Shown here: positions 62,801 to 64,000 of the stretch, in pieces | How the letters are laid out: every line of letters starts with the position of its first letter | How positions within the stretch are numbered: the stretch's first letter is position 1 | Assembly (NCBI GenBank): GCA_038087875.1 | Contig: JAXLNO010000454.1 | Span: 1-64,000, forward strand | Length of the DNA stretch: 64,000 bases | Source of the DNA: Malacoraja senta | Taxonomy: Eukaryota | Direction of reading: 5' to 3' | Position numbers and translations under genes: made by a program | Notes under the pieces: generated by a model | Database searches by the model: none | Told to the model about the DNA's origin: nothing | Seen by the model: only the letters and a program-made list of their open reading frames with translations

Positions 62801-64000
62801 TCCAGGAGCAGTGGCGATTGATGCTTTCTCGCTACATTGGGGTGGTATGTTTTCATATATATTTCCACCTTTCTGCCTCATAAGCCAATGTTTGCTTAAA
62901 ATCAGGCAAGATGCTGCTTCAAGGGTATTGGTAGTACCAGATTGGCCTACACAGCCATGGTATCCGTTGATATTAGAATTAACAACACAAATGTTGATGA
63001 AAGTCCCAAAAAAGAGTAATTTATTGCTGCACCCTGTACAGGGGAACAACATCCATTATATCATCGTTTGGATTTGTTGATTTGCAGGTTTTAAGAATGC
63101 CTTTTCTGGGACGAGGACTGTCTGAGCATACTGTGGACATGCTTACGGCAGCCTGGAGGAAGAGCACTCAAAAACAGTACCTTTCTTATATTAAGAAATG
63201 GGAAGAGTTCTGTGTACAAAAGAATGTGCAATAAAGTACTGCAGATATTTCAAATGTTTAGAATTTCTGTCAAAACTTTATTATGATGAAGGTCTGAGTT
63301 GTAGTGCAATTAATTCAGCCAGAAGTGCATTGTTCTCATATTTGGTTCTGGATTCAGAAAGAAACCCAATTGGGTCACACCCAATTGTTTCCAGACTAAT
63401 GAAAGGAATCTTTAATTCCAAACCACCGAAACCTAGGTACGTGACAATCTGGGATGTAAGTGTGGTACTGAAACTACTTCGTGAATGGTCATCAAGTGTG
63501 TCTTTACCTTTGGTCAAGCTCAGTATGAAAGTATTCATGCTTATGGCATGAGTGACAGCACAACGAGTGCTAACACTTGGAAAATTACAAATAGACAGTA
63601 TGGAAGTAACTGAAGACAAGGTTACATTCTATATCAATGACCTACTAAAGTAAATTAGGCCAGGTGTGACAGGATTTAAAATTATGCTAGCAGCATATCC
63701 AAATGATCCATGTCTGTATTAAGACATATTTATTACAATACATTGAGGTCACAAAGAATTTGAGAATACGGAAACTGGGTTGTTGATCACACACAAGAAA
63801 CCACACAAGAGAGTTTCAATACAGACTATTTCCAGATGGATAAAAGAATTCTTAACAGCTGCTGGTATTAACACTTATGTTTTTACGTCTCACTCGACTA
63901 GGGCAGCAGAAACGTCGGCGGCCAGGGCAAAAGACGTCTCCGTCGACCATATCCTCGCAGCCACCGGGTGGTCCAATGAGTTGATGTTTCAACATTTTTA
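59830..64000 (+). mobile_element. DIRS1-like tyrosine-recombinase retrotransposon, degenerate, truncated by window edge
   Basis: Gag-like region 60250-61250; RT (VGGRL, QFKALPKGL, AYLDD); RNase H (QTDASALGWG, YLELL); methyltransferase-like domain (DAFSLHW, YIFPPF, VVPDWPTQPWY); tyrosine recombinase (INSARSAL, HSTRAA, GWSN). Many stops and frameshifts. Confidence 0.93.

Noticed and set aside
24941..64000. Search for CD2AP exon 2 (SH3A: YDY…DELT…EEGW…FPDNFVK)
   Set aside because: No matching minus-strand sequence found by eye; it probably lies beyond the right edge, though a manual miss is possible.
59830..64000. Prophage or bacterial contamination suggested by integrase and methyltransferase motifs
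   Set aside because: The order gag-RT-RNase H-MT-YR and the vertebrate repeat context identify a DIRS retrotransposon.

Overview
This is vertebrate (non-microbial) genomic DNA, most likely from an elasmobranch (skate, ray or shark), judging from the HE1/V-SINE-like SINEs, abundant CR1 LINEs and Penelope-like elements. The whole window appears to lie inside a minus-strand CD2AP gene. Two coding exons are recognisable: an exon-3-like linker exon at 24792-24940 and an exon-4-like SH3B exon at 2975-3078. A candidate alternative first coding exon lies at 42876-43020. I could not find the SH3A exon (exon 2) or exon 5, so they presumably lie outside the window. Most of the remaining sequence is heavily nested transposable-element DNA: at least three CR1 subfamilies (one near full length), Penelope-like fragments and hairpin derivatives with minimal hammerhead-ribozyme cores, V-SINEs, a GC-rich non-autonomous retro-family, Rex1/Babar and Vingi-like fragments, a Tc1 element, two hAT derivatives, Harbinger MITEs, a precisely inserted Helitron, an LTR with polypurine tract, and a degenerate DIRS element running off the right edge. 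No rRNA, genuine tRNA or CRISPR features are present. All family assignments come from motif recognition by eye, not from database searches.
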